A model generated the notes under the pieces. It ran no database searches. It was not told the DNA's origin and saw nothing but the letters and a program-made list of their open reading frames with translations. Made by a program: the position numbers and the translations under genes. DNA of 32,802 nt from a virus (taxonomy: Duplodnaviria; Caudoviricetes): IMG/VR virus record IMGVR_UViG_3300005326_000734, positions 1 to 32,802 of that record. One strand, 5' to 3'. Shown here piece after piece: positions 1-8,628 of this stretch. The first letter of the stretch is position 1, and each line of letters opens with the position of its first letter.

Positions 1-1182
1 ATGGCTGATGCGCTGAACTCCGTGTTGGAGAAAGATTTAAACGAACTCAAGGAAAAAGGGCTTTACCGCAAGCTGTTCGAACTTTCCGGGCCTCAGGGGG
101 CACGGGCCGTTTTTAACGGGAAAGAGGTAATTAACCTCTCGTCGAATAACTACCTTGGCCTCAATACCCACCCGAAAATGATTGAGGCAGCCGTGGAGGC
201 CACCCGCAAGTTTGGGGTCGGATCCGGGGCCGTGCGAACCATAGCTGGGACCATGAGTCTTCATGAAGAACTGGAACGCCGCCTGGCCGTGTTCAAACAC
301 ACTGAGGCTGCACTGGTGCTTCAATCCGGATTCACCGCCAATATGGGCGTAATCAACACCGTGGTTACGGATGCCGATGTGATCATCAGCGACGAACTGA
401 ACCACGCCAGCATCATTGACGGTGTCAGGCTGTCCAAGGCCGCCCGGCGGGTTTTTGCCCACCGGAACATGAATTCACTGGAGGATGTACTGAAGCAGTG
501 TCAAGGGTACCGCCTCAAGCTGATCATTACCGACGGGGTGTTCAGTATGGATGGAGACATTGCTCCCCTGCCTCAGATCGTGGAACTGGCCGAAAAATAC
601 GGAGCCATCACTATGGTGGATGATGCCCATTCCAGTGGGGTTCTTGGGCGCAACGGCCGAGGGTCCGTGGACCATTTTAGCCTCAACGGCAGAGTTCAAA
701 TTCAGGTGGGGACGCTGTCCAAGGCTCTTGGGGCACTGGGGGGCTATGTAGCCGGGTCGCAGCTGCTGCGCGAGGCAATGATCCATAAGGCGCGCCCGTT
801 CCTGTTCAGCACCTCGCATCCCCCGGGAGTCACTGCCAGTCTGATTGCGGCAGTTGACATCCTGGAGTCGGAGCCGGAACTGATGGAAACCCTGTGGCGA
901 AACGCCAGGTACCTCAAGAAAGGTCTTCAGGAGCTCGGTTTTAATACCGGCGTCAGCGAGACCCCTATTACTCCGGTGATCGTGGGCAAGGGATCCCTGG
1001 CCATGAAGCTCAGCGACCTTCTGTTTGCCAACGGGGTTTTTGCCCAGGGAATCGGTTACCCGACAGTGCCGGAAGAAAAATCCCGGGTACGGACGATAGT
1101 CTCCGCTCAGCATTCAATTGCGGACCTGGACGAGGCCCTTGACGCCTTCCGGCGTGTGGGGACACAACTCGGAATTATTTAA
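1..1182 (+). CDS. kbl: Glycine C-acetyltransferase (2-amino-3-ketobutyrate CoA ligase; AONS/BioF family, PLP-dependent)
   Basis: Motifs [43 protein letters not shown] and GTLSKA (PLP lysine); 393 aa. Confidence 0.9.
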   Translation: MADALNSVLEKDLNELKEKGLYRKLFELSGPQGARAVFNGKEVINLSSNNYLGLNTHPKMIEAAVEATRKFGVGSGAVRTIAGTMSLHEELERRLAVFKHTEAALVLQSGFTANMGVINTVVTDADVIISDELNHASIIDGVRLSKAARRVFAHRNMNSLEDVLKQCQGYRLKLIITDGVFSMDGDIAPLPQIVELAEKYGAITMVDDAHSSGVLGRNGRGSVDHFSLNGRVQIQVGTLSKALGALGGYVAGSQLLREAMIHKARPFLFSTSHPPGVTASLIAAVDILESEPELMETLWRNARYLKKGLQELGFNTGVSETPITPVIVGKGSLAMKLSDLLFANGVFAQGIGYPTVPEEKSRVRTIVSAQHSIADLDEALDAFRRVGTQLGII

Positions 1183-1229
1183 TCCCTGGAATATTTCTCA
1201 CGGAGCACCCCAGGGTTCCTGAAGCTGAT

Positions 1230-1274
1230 AAAGACCGCCGCCGAAAAAGTAAAGTCCACAGCGGCGGTCTTTTT
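1230..1274 (+). terminator. Rho-independent terminator after kbl
   Basis: 12-bp inverted repeat AAAGACCGCCGC (1230-1241) / GCGGCGGTCTTT (1261-1272) with a 19-nt loop, ending in a T-run. Confidence 0.7.
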
Positions 1275-1292
1275 GCGTTCGGCCGGCTGATC

Positions 1293-1322
1293 GTCATATC
1301 ACCCCTTGAGGCGACATACTTT
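1293..1322 (+). promoter_or_regulatory. Putative sigma-E (mother-cell) promoter for the small ORF + recombinase operon
   Basis: GTCATATC (1293-1300), 14-bp spacer, CATACTTT (1315-1322). Matches the B. subtilis sigma-E consensus (-35 TCATAtt, 14 bp, -10 CATAca-T). Confidence 0.7.
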
Positions 1323-1339
1323 GTAGCGGGTGACATGAA

Positions 1340-1552
1340 TTGAAGCGGACAGGGAGAACCACACCGGAAGTCACGGTAGTCGTGGCTCCGCCTGGCGGTA
1401 AGGCGGCGCCGGAGCAGGCGGAGACGGTGATTAATTACCTGGTTGACCTGGTTATCGGCCTCTGCGGGGGCGCGGGTGGCAGCTCTAACCAAACCCGGAG
1501 CCCGGAACCTGACAAAAGAGACTGGGAGGAAGAGAGGGACGGTGACCCATAG
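1340..1552 (+). CDS. Small hypothetical protein; candidate recombination directionality factor
   Basis: 70-aa ORF (TTG start, weak GGGTG RBS) between the sigma-E-like promoter and the recombinase. Function inferred from position only. Confidence 0.45.
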   Translation: MKRTGRTTPEVTVVVAPPGGKAAPEQAETVINYLVDLVIGLCGGAGGSSNQTRSPEPDKRDWEEERDGDP

Positions 1553-1588
1553 GGCCATCGTTCTTGTTCTGTGGACTGGCTTTAGGGG

Positions 1589-3124
1589 GTGAGGATTGTG
1601 CTGGCCATATACGCCCGGGTTTCCACTCAGGAACAGGCAGCCAAGGGGACGAGTATCGAAACCCAGGTGGCTGAATGTGTCGAGAAAGCGAAGGGGTGCG
1701 GATTTTCCGATTGGACAGTTTACGCTGATCAGGGTGAGACAGCTGCCCAGCTTGACCGGCCTGCACTCAGTGAACTGCGGCAGGCCGTTGCTGCGGGAAG
1801 GGTTGAAGCGGTAATCGCCTACGATCCGGACCGGTTATCACGGAAACTGGCCCATCAGCTGCTGCTGGCAGAGGAGTTCCGGAAACTCGGGGCCAGACTT
1901 CTGTTTGTTTGCGCCGAACATAACACCACTCCGGAAGGCAATATGCTGTTTCAAATTCAGGGAGTAATAGCCGAGTATGAGCGGGAAAAGATTCGGGAAC
2001 GTACCTCCAGAGGCAGATTGGCTGTAGCCAAGAGAGGGCAGGTCCTGCCGATGGGGGCCGCCCCGTTCGGTTATTCCTTTAATGCGGGGGCGGGTTCTCT
2101 TACGGTGGATCCGGCCGAAGCCGAAGTGGTGGAGCAGATTTACCGCTGGTATGTGGCAGAGGGTTTAACGATGCGGCAAATCGGGGAACGGCTGGCTCGA
2201 TTTGGGGTGCCGGCCCGGAAGGGCGGACGGTGGCATGTTTCTTCCGTGAGGCGGATTTTACGGGCAGAGGTTTATAGAGGCAGACTGTATTACAATCAGC
2301 GGCGGACGCAGTTCACCGAAGGCCGGACTGCGGCCGGAAATAGAAAACGCCGCACTTTCCCCCGCCACCGGAGCGAATGGGTGGCATTGGAGGTTCCGGC
2401 CATCATCGGGGCTGAGCTTTTCCGGATGGCCCAGGCCAGGTGTGACAGGAACCGTGTCAGGGCAGGCGCCTTCTCGGGTGGGGCACCTCTGTTGAAAGGT
2501 ATTTTGGTCTGCGGTAGTTGTGGACACCGCTGGCAGGTGAGGGCACACGGCGGGCAACGGGAATACCGGTGTCCCCAAAGGTACCCTAGGGCATTCCCCG
2601 CGGTCAGGTGCGAATCCCCCGCCTTAACCGCCGACCTTGGTGATCAGAAAGTCTGGGATAGTGTTAAAAAGCTGCTGTTCAGTCCGGCGGTTGAAGCGGA
2701 AGTGGTGAGAACGCTGGAAAGCCGACTGAACGGCAGGTTGGAAGCAGAACTGGCTCAACTGGAACGTGCCCGCTCCCGTCTGCTCAGTGAAAGGGAGAGG
2801 CTGGAATGGCTGTTTCAGCAGGGCCTGGTGGGGCGTGACCAGGGGAGGCATAAAATCGAACTTGTTGACCAGCGCTTGCAGGATGTGGCGGCGGAGAAAA
2901 GTAACCTGTCACGGCGGGTGGACTCGTTGGCCGCGGTTGCAGGCAGCCCCCGGGAGATTTTTGGGGAGTATGTGGCCCAATTAGACGAAGAGGGCCGAAA
3001 CCGGCTGGTGCGGTTTTTATGCACTGAAGCCACCATCCGGTTCGACGGCGTGGGGGTGGTCATCGAATTGGCAGGGCCGATTAGCAGTTTAAGCTGCCTC
3101 TGTTCACAACACCAAAAAGTTTGA
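1589..3124 (+). CDS. Large serine recombinase, SpoIVCA/CisA-like, of a sigK-intervening element
   Basis: YARVST catalytic Ser, DRLSR, recombinase domain, zinc ribbon (CGSC...YRC), coiled coil. Last codons and stop overlap the sigK fragment. Confidence 0.92.
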   Translation: MRIVLAIYARVSTQEQAAKGTSIETQVAECVEKAKGCGFSDWTVYADQGETAAQLDRPALSELRQAVAAGRVEAVIAYDPDRLSRKLAHQLLLAEEFRKLGARLLFVCAEHNTTPEGNMLFQIQGVIAEYEREKIRERTSRGRLAVAKRGQVLPMGAAPFGYSFNAGAGSLTVDPAEAEVVEQIYRWYVAEGLTMRQIGERLARFGVPARKGGRWHVSSVRRILRAEVYRGRLYYNQRRTQFTEGRTAAGNRKRRTFPRHRSEWVALEVPAIIGAELFRMAQARCDRNRVRAGAFSGGAPLLKGILVCGSCGHRWQVRAHGGQREYRCPQRYPRAFPAVRCESPALTADLGDQKVWDSVKKLLFSPAVEAEVVRTLESRLNGRLEAELAQLERARSRLLSERERLEWLFQQGLVGRDQGRHKIELVDQRLQDVAAEKSNLSRRVDSLAAVAGSPREIFGEYVAQLDEEGRNRLVRFLCTEATIRFDGVGVVIELAGPISSLSCLCSQHQKV

Positions 3125-3341
3125 CGGTACCGGAGAGGACAACGATGATCTGATCTCCATCGGGACCATCGGCCTGATCAAGGCAATCAACACCTACGAC
3201 CATAAAAAAGGCACCAAGCTGGCTACTTATGCCGCCCGCTGTATCGAAAATGAAATCCTGATGCATCTCCGCAGCATCCGCAAGACCAGGGGGGAGGTTT
3301 CTCTCTACGACCCCATCGGGGTTGACAAGGAAGGGAACGAG
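3114..3341 (+). pseudogene. sigK: Internal fragment of split sigK (mother-cell sigma factor K), probably reconstituted by recombination
   Basis: Translates as [76 protein letters not shown]. It has the SigK-type [16 protein letters not shown] and DPIGxDKEGNE (SigE has YASRC, MYLR, EPLNIDWDGNE). No start codon; runs into FPSPYYLH* after 3341. Confidence 0.93.
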
Positions 3342-3348
3342 TTTCCCT
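3332..3348. other. Putative attL of the prophage (crossover near 3339-3342)
   Basis: Imperfect inverted repeat AGGGAAc-GA-gtTTCCCT centred where SigK similarity ends, about 20 bp from the integrase stop. Confidence 0.6.
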
Positions 3349-3359
3349 CTCCATATTAT

Positions 3360-4895
3360 CTACACTAATAGGGTTACTTCAAGCGCGAAGTTGTCGAGCT
3401 TGGCGTCTTTTTCTTTTGTATAAACCGCTTCTGCCACAATGGTTTTCAATAACCTATTCTTTGCGGTAACGTCATCGGTGGCCCGGTAAGCGTCCAACAT
3501 GTGCCGAATTGCAGGGATGACTTCCTGACGTGCCCGTTCCTTTTCTTGGGCTTCTTTGATCTCCTTCTGGATCTCCCCTAAAGATTTTTTCACCGCGTCT
3601 ATTTTCTCGGCTATGAGGCGGTTCCGCTCCAGGTAGGTAGGGATGTCGTATACTCCCTTTTCAAGCAGATCCTGAAGCCGGGCCTTCTGCTTCTGAAGCT
3701 CTTCCAGTTGCGATTCCATCTCTTTAACCACGGAAAGCGGGATCGTCGGCCCGGCTGTGGCTGCTGCTTCTTTTTCTAACTCCTTTTGGCCCAACTCCAA
3801 CGCCGCAAGATCCTCCTGGATATTTTCCAGCAGCCTTTCCTCCACAAAGTGAAAAGACGCCGACTTGTTGTCACAAAATGAATTGATGCATTTAATTACG
3901 TTTACCCGGCCCCCTGTACCGCCCTGCATTATCATTCTTCGTCCACATTTGCCGCACACGATGAGCCCAGCCAATGGGTTCTTGGGTTCCTTCCAGCCTC
4001 GAACCAGTCTTCTGCCTTTCATAATATTCTGAACTGCTATAAACAACGCCTCGCCGATAAGAGGTTCATGCTTCCCCTGGACATCTGTCCATTGTTCCCG
4101 CGGGCGTATATGACCTTTATGGCGCTGTTTATCCCGGAAAGATTTCCCCCATTGTATCCGGCCCATATATACCTGGTTCTTGAGTATTGTCAGCACTGTG
4201 GACGGTTCCCAGGCCTTACCTCGAATGGGGCTTTTTATGCCCATGCCGTTCAATCGGTCCTTAATCCTGGTACTTCCCATTCCTTCACGAACGTACCAGT
4301 GAAATATAAGCCCAACCAGCTCGGCGTCTTTATTTGGCACCAGGACATTGTCCGGGCCCCGATCATATCCGAAGGGTGGATGGGTGCCGATATACTTTCC
4401 TTCTTTGACGGCCATCACTCTGCCCCGCTGTAATCTCTTGGTGATGATTTTCAGTTCACGCCGGGCCATGAAGGCCTCGAACTCACTCCACTCTTCATCC
4501 AGCTCATCGTCCAGGTCATATACCTTGCGGGGGGTTATGATGAGCGTAGAACTGGCCTTGAAAGCCGCCAGAATGGTCCCCTGGTCAATCATGTCCCCGC
4601 GGCCTAACCGGTCAATGTCCATACAAAGAACCGCGTCGTATTCCCCTGCCTCAACTTCCCGCAAAAGCCTCTGCATCTCTGGACGGTCTGCAATATGCTC
4701 TCCACTGACTATTTCCTCTCTGACAGCCACCACGTTCAGCCGGTTTCGGTTGGCGACTTCCATAAGGGCCTTGCGGTGCTTGGATAGAGTTTCCCCTTCG
4801 CCCCGGGCTTCGGCTTCCACATCGGCCCTTGACTTTCGGAGGTACATAGACACATTATTTAATTCAGTCGGGAAATCCGCAGGCAATATAAACAC
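3360..4895 (-). CDS. Prophage serine integrase (large serine recombinase)
   Basis: YLRKSR catalytic motif, DIDRLGRG, zinc ribbon (CGKC...CxxxxC), coiled coil. Points toward attL. Alternative TTG start at 4886. Confidence 0.93.
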   Translation of the reverse strand: MFILPADFPTELNNVSMYLRKSRADVEAEARGEGETLSKHRKALMEVANRNRLNVVAVREEIVSGEHIADRPEMQRLLREVEAGEYDAVLCMDIDRLGRGDMIDQGTILAAFKASSTLIITPRKVYDLDDELDEEWSEFEAFMARRELKIITKRLQRGRVMAVKEGKYIGTHPPFGYDRGPDNVLVPNKDAELVGLIFHWYVREGMGSTRIKDRLNGMGIKSPIRGKAWEPSTVLTILKNQVYMGRIQWGKSFRDKQRHKGHIRPREQWTDVQGKHEPLIGEALFIAVQNIMKGRRLVRGWKEPKNPLAGLIVCGKCGRRMIMQGGTGGRVNVIKCINSFCDNKSASFHFVEERLLENIQEDLAALELGQKELEKEAAATAGPTIPLSVVKEMESQLEELQKQKARLQDLLEKGVYDIPTYLERNRLIAEKIDAVKKSLGEIQKEIKEAQEKERARQEVIPAIRHMLDAYRATDDVTAKNRLLKTIVAEAVYTKEKDAKLDNFALEVTLLV

Positions 4896-4976
4896 CCCTC
4901 GGCATTACGTTGTTATCTACGTCTTATTCGAGGGGGAAGCGGGCAATTCCTTTTGTTGTGGCCCACACACCCAAAA

Positions 4977-5714
4977 CTACTTCTTTTCTGGGTCGTCTTT
5001 CCCCACACGATAGGCACCGGATCTGCTTAATGTGGAATCGATTCGTGTCTTCTTGACTTTTGTGACATCGGCCCATTTGCCTTCTTTTTGGCCGGTGGGC
5101 ATAGCAACCTTCTTGGTTTTTATTTCCTTTGGATTGAATACGGCTGTACTGATGCGCTGCGTAGTATCTGTCTTGGGAATAGCGCCAAAAAGAAGCTTGA
5201 GATAATTTTCCCAAGCGAGGGGAGTAACGTCTAAATTACCAGAACACTCCATAATAAATTTGCTGGTTTGAGAGAAACGAAGTAAATCGGTCGGTGTAGG
5301 TTCAGTAAGAATGGACGGTAACAAGCGCTGCAACCTTTTCGCCGCGTCTTGTTTCTTGATTTGCCGATCAAAAAGAGCATTGCTTTCCTCTTGGGTTTGG
5401 GTGCCTTTAAAAATAATAAACCTATAGATACAAGTGCTCCCGACGAGGTATGTCTTTCTAGTATTTACATTAGTTATTTCAAAATTTTCTTTCTGGATGG
5501 GGTTATTGCATATCTCGCAGTGATCCACAAACTCCGGGTCGGTTTCTTCGATTTTTTTTGTATATTCCCATTCCCTGCGGGCTTCCTCAAAATCCGTACT
5601 TTCACTATGGGCCAGTATCCTGGATCTGATTAAAGGAAAGTCCCGTTTTGAAGGCTCTGGTTCGGCAAAGGATCGAGCGCGTTTAAGCCTGAACATCCTC
5701 TTGGTTTTCGACAT
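4977..5714 (-). CDS. Hypothetical lysogenic cargo protein with a putative Zn-binding N-terminal domain
   Basis: Strong AAGGAGGAG RBS; EARREW...CEIC...ITNVNT...VGSTCI motif; AT-richer than the flanks. Confidence 0.7.
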   Translation of the reverse strand: MSKTKRMFRLKRARSFAEPEPSKRDFPLIRSRILAHSESTDFEEARREWEYTKKIEETDPEFVDHCEICNNPIQKENFEITNVNTRKTYLVGSTCIYRFIIFKGTQTQEESNALFDRQIKKQDAAKRLQRLLPSILTEPTPTDLLRFSQTSKFIMECSGNLDVTPLAWENYLKLLFGAIPKTDTTQRISTAVFNPKEIKTKKVAMPTGQKEGKWADVTKVKKTRIDSTLSRSGAYRVGKDDPEKK

Positions 5715-5741
5715 CAGACTCCTCCTTATCCCCCAAAAAAT

Positions 5742-5778
5742 AAAAGCACCTGGTTCTTCTGTCTTCCCCAGGTGCTTT
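5742..5778 (-). terminator. Terminator-like hairpin (copy 1 of a repeated CACCTGG...CCAGGTG element)
   Basis: AAAGCACCTGG...CCAGGTGCTTT stem, followed by T-runs on the minus strand. Confidence 0.6.
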
Positions 5779-5799
5779 GCTCTCGTTTGTTTTTTGCCC

Positions 5800-6588
5800 C
5801 TAGTTCTGAATGGCAGTCAAAATGCCGTCTTCAAAGTATAGATAGTTTCTGCCATCGTAGACCCATTGTTCATGCGTGCCATATTTGGTAGTGGTCGTGT
5901 TAATATGCTGGGGCCTCCCCCAGCTTGAATCCAAAACTTCTTCTTGGGTCATGCCGATCCTGACCCCTTCTGACCTTCTCCTCGCTTTTTCCGCGGCTTC
6001 TTGTTCCTGGCGCTGTTTCTCAGCCAGCTGCCGCGCCCTTTCTTCTAATTGCTCCACTTTCTTTTTATATGCCGGGAGAAGCCTGGCCGCTTCAGGTAAA
6101 GGGGGGTTCACCAAAATATTAGAATCCAGCAATGCCACATACGCGCCTCGAAAGTCACCCTTGGAGTATAACTCTTTGGCTGTCTTAATTTGAATAAGTG
6201 CGAGTTGCGTTTTGGCGTTAGCTATCTTGGCTTGGGCAGTATTGTAGTGTTCTTTGTCTTCAGGAATGACACTCTGAAATTCATCCATTGCCAATTGGTA
6301 ATTGGATTTATTAAAATCAGTCATTCCCTGGTTGAACATTTTAATTGAGTTCAAAACGCGCTCAGCACGATTAATAGCTTGGTTTACATTCTTGTCTTTA
6401 GTTCTTATTTCTTGTGCCTGGCGCAATACCGCGAGAGCCTCAGTATATTTTTGCTGGGACAGAAGCTGATCACCTTTCGCTTTTAACTGCTCAAATTGCT
6501 TGTTCAAATTAGCGTTAGTGACTGCCACCCAAACAATTAAAGATAGAGATAAAACGACGGCAATTATTGGGCCTGCCAATTTTTTCAA
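5800..6588 (-). CDS. Membrane-anchored TPR-like protein with a small C-terminal domain (lysogenic cargo)
   Basis: GGAGG RBS and TTG at 6588; N-terminal hydrophobic helix; TPR-like helical repeats; C-terminal GMTQEEV...WGRP...EQWVY...YLYFEDG motif. Confidence 0.75.
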   Translation of the reverse strand: MKKLAGPIIAVVLSLSLIVWVAVTNANLNKQFEQLKAKGDQLLSQQKYTEALAVLRQAQEIRTKDKNVNQAINRAERVLNSIKMFNQGMTDFNKSNYQLAMDEFQSVIPEDKEHYNTAQAKIANAKTQLALIQIKTAKELYSKGDFRGAYVALLDSNILVNPPLPEAARLLPAYKKKVEQLEERARQLAEKQRQEQEAAEKARRRSEGVRIGMTQEEVLDSSWGRPQHINTTTTKYGTHEQWVYDGRNYLYFEDGILTAIQN

Positions 6589-6624
6589 GGTAATCCTCCT
6601 CCGCGAATGCTCAATTTTTGGACA

Positions 6625-6660
6625 AAAATACACCTGGTTTCGGTCATTCCCCAGGTGCCT
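6625..6660 (-). terminator. Terminator-like hairpin (copy 2 of the CACCTGG...CCAGGTG element)
   Basis: CACCTGG (6631-6637) / CCAGGTG (6651-6657), followed by TATTTTT on the minus strand. Confidence 0.5.
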
Positions 6661-6664
6661 TCCT

Positions 6665-7183
6665 CTAACCGCCGATCAACGCATACGGGCTGATCTCTTG
6701 CATGTTCTGATATATTCCGTACCGTTCGCGATAGCCTTCTTCTTCAAAAATCGCCAACCGCATTATCATAAAATCCTCGGTCACGTTGAACCGTTCGGCA
6801 AGCCAATAGTGAGTAGCTTGTCCAGTCTTAAGAGCGCGGTATAAGTCCGGGTCCTTTACTAATTGGTGCCCCGCCCAGCGAAGGGCTGCCTTTTCTATTT
6901 TCCCAATGTGGATTATGTCCCCGTATTTTCGGTGCTGGTGGATCGCATCGCCGGTCATGGTGAAGTGATGGCCAAGTTCCTCGGCCAGAACGCAGCGGGT
7001 TAGTGGAGAGTAGAAAGGCAAGTTTCTATGCAAGACAATAATTGGGCACTTTGTTGCTGTGGTGCGCATGTATAGTGCCAGCAACTCGGTGCCCAATTCA
7101 TAGTTGTCAATAATTATTTTATTTTTTCTTGCCAGGTCCAGGAGGCTTTTCATCGTCGTTGCCGCCTTTCGAATCGTAGCCAT
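6665..7183 (-). CDS. ImmA/IrrE-family metallopeptidase (anti-repressor)
   Basis: RCVLAEELGHH (HExxH variant), IEKAA, LAERFNVTE HTH-like tail; directly downstream of the repressor. Start may be ATG 7153. Confidence 0.85.
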   Translation of the reverse strand: MATIRKAATTMKSLLDLARKNKIIIDNYELGTELLALYMRTTATKCPIIVLHRNLPFYSPLTRCVLAEELGHHFTMTGDAIHQHRKYGDIIHIGKIEKAALRWAGHQLVKDPDLYRALKTGQATHYWLAERFNVTEDFMIMRLAIFEEEGYRERYGIYQNMQEISPYALIGG

Positions 7184-7499
7184 GACGACGTTCCATCACC
7201 TGAATCACCGTGTCAACCACTTTCTGAGTTTCTGGGGAAAGCGGTTTATCATACCGGCCATTGGTCCGATGGGCAGCCAAATCTATTATTTCGGGCTTGC
7301 GGCAATTAACCACGCCGAGTAGGTAGTCGGTTGAGCAGGCAAAAAATTGGGCCAGTTTTTTAAGGGTGTCGAAGTCAGGTTCACGTCTGTCGACTTCATA
7401 TTGTGCGTAAGTGCTGCGGGACATACTGAGCATATTGGCAAGCTGTTCCTGCGAGAGACCCTTTTCTTTTCGCAATTCTGTTAATCTTTTCCCTAACAC
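7119..7499 (-). CDS. XRE-family HTH prophage repressor (CI/ImmR-like)
   Basis: LTELRKEKGLSQEQLA...YEVDRREPDFDTLKKLAQFF...DYLLG; GAGGTG RBS with GTG at 7499. Confidence 0.9.
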   Translation of the reverse strand: MLGKRLTELRKEKGLSQEQLANMLSMSRSTYAQYEVDRREPDFDTLKKLAQFFACSTDYLLGVVNCRKPEIIDLAAHRTNGRYDKPLSPETQKVVDTVIQVMERRHGYDSKGGNDDEKPPGPGKKK

Positions 7500-7524
7500 T
7501 TTTTTCACCTCTATATCTATTATA

Positions 7525-7629
7525 GTCGCTATAAGCAACAAATAAAGAAATGTCGCGAATCTCAACAAAAGTTCTTGACAGTCGCGTAACGCGACTATAT
7601 AATAAAGATAAACGGTCGCGAAACGCGAC
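7525..7629. promoter_or_regulatory. Lysis/lysogeny switch: consensus sigma-A promoter and four 15-bp palindromic operators
   Basis: TTGACA (7575-7580), 17 bp, TATAAT (7598-7603). GTCGCG-N3-CGCGAC is perfect at 7581-7595 and 7615-7629, degenerate at 7552-7566 and 7525-7539. Leftward TATAAT at 7524-7519. Confidence 0.88.
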
Positions 7630-7638
7630 AGAAGGCAG

Positions 7639-7932
7639 GTGATGACAGTGAGTGAACATAAACCCCGTGAATGGTTGGCAGAAAGACGTGGCAGCTTAAC
7701 GCACCAACAAGTGGCCGATTTGGCGGGGGTCAGTCGTTCCTTTTATACCGAAATTGAAACAGGGGTTAAGGACCCTGGGGTAAAAACGGCGAAAAAAATT
7801 GGTGGCGCTCTCGGCTTTAATTGGACTCTTTTTTTTGAAGAAAACGGTCGCGAAACGCCACAAAACGGGCGCCAGCCTTCTGTTAGCGGTGATCTCGCCA
7901 CACTCGAACCCACCGGCACCGACGGGCGGTAG
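7639..7932 (+). CDS. Cro-like XRE HTH regulator
   Basis: LTHQQVADLAGVSRSFYTEIETGVKDPGVKTAKKIG; first gene of the rightward operon. Start may be 7642 or 7648. Confidence 0.85.
   Translation: MMTVSEHKPREWLAERRGSLTHQQVADLAGVSRSFYTEIETGVKDPGVKTAKKIGGALGFNWTLFFEENGRETPQNGRQPSVSGDLATLEPTGTDGR
7847..7861. promoter_or_regulatory. Fifth operator copy inside the cro-like gene
   Basis: GTCGCGAAACGCCAC; the 17-mer AAACGGTCGCGAAACGC is identical at 7610-7626 and 7842-7858. Confidence 0.7.
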
Positions 7933-7944
7933 AGGAGGACCATC

Positions 7945-8334
7945 ATGCAAACAGCCAAGGTTCTAAACTTTCCCCTGGCAACAACCAGGCATTACATCGA
8001 TCGGCAGGTCCGAGACTACGCCCAGGGACAGATTGGCCGCGACACAATGATGCGGCGGGTCGGCGGCCTATTACGGACGTACAAAATCAAGCGGTTGCCG
8101 ATTGACAATTATGAAGTGGCTCTCATCGATGAGTACGAGGGGTTGCCCATAGTGCACATCCGAAGCCGGTTGCCACTGTCAGATGCGTGCCCGGCCTGTC
8201 ATAGCAATGAATGGTGGTACATAGTCACCGAACGGGAGCTAATCGGCTCTTATGATGTTGTGACTGCTTGGTGCATGGACTGCAGTTGTTTTTATAGGAG
8301 AAAAGGCTACAAGGCTGAGCAAGACACCAATTAG
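7945..8334 (+). CDS. Hypothetical phage protein with a C-terminal zinc ribbon
   Basis: GAGGAGG RBS; CPAC...CMDC. Confidence 0.7.
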   Translation: MQTAKVLNFPLATTRHYIDRQVRDYAQGQIGRDTMMRRVGGLLRTYKIKRLPIDNYEVALIDEYEGLPIVHIRSRLPLSDACPACHSNEWWYIVTERELIGSYDVVTAWCMDCSCFYRRKGYKAEQDTN

Positions 8335-8349
8335 ATGGAGGTAATCACC

Positions 8350-8583
8350 ATGGCTATCCTCGCAATTGCCCGGGTTGTCCCAGGCTCACAACCGAATAGG
8401 ATGATACCGGGTGATGCCTCTGTGAAGAAAGACGAAATGAAGCTCGTCTCCGAGAGGAAGATCGGCAATACCAGGTGCCGGGTATACCGGCCCATTCTTA
8501 CCGATGAAGAGCGGGAACGCCGGATGAAGGCAGTTTACCGGGCCATTGTGGAGTGCTACCGAGCGCCGAAGAAGGCACGGTAA
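8350..8583 (+). CDS. Hypothetical phage protein
   Basis: GGAGG RBS before ATG 8350; lies within the operon. Confidence 0.55.
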   Translation: MAILAIARVVPGSQPNRMIPGDASVKKDEMKLVSERKIGNTRCRVYRPILTDEERERRMKAVYRAIVECYRAPKKAR

Positions 8584-8628
8584 TTCCTTTTACCCCGCGA
8601 GGGGACAAGCAGGAGAGGGGGTGAATCC

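Larger units (their letters stand above)
1..3113. mobile_element. Right end of a skin-like sigK-intervening element (left end upstream of the window); junction ~3105-3116
   Basis: SigK similarity starts abruptly at KKF (3114), preceded in that frame by VHNT instead of the conserved AHIV. No 5' sigK piece is visible in 1-3113. The extent to the left is inferred. Confidence 0.55.

Noticed and set aside
1240-1292. SpoIIID binding site upstream of the sigma-E promoter
   Set aside because: No convincing match to the consensus could be seen by eye.
3081-3266. 61-aa minus-strand ORF in the track
   Set aside because: Antisense shadow of the sigK fragment.
3114-3341. Fragment as sigE or a phage-encoded sigma factor
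   Set aside because: Diagnostic residues are SigK-type. It has no start codon or RBS and is cut at att-like junctions.
1589-4895. Both recombinases being 511 aa, suggesting a duplication or invertible pair
   Set aside because: Their sequences and base composition differ strongly, and the start codons are uncertain; the equal length is coincidental.
6965-6990. ImmA inactivated because HExxH reads EELGH
   Set aside because: The EExxH variant is common in phage ImmA-like proteins and Glu can ligate zinc, so this is not evidence of decay.
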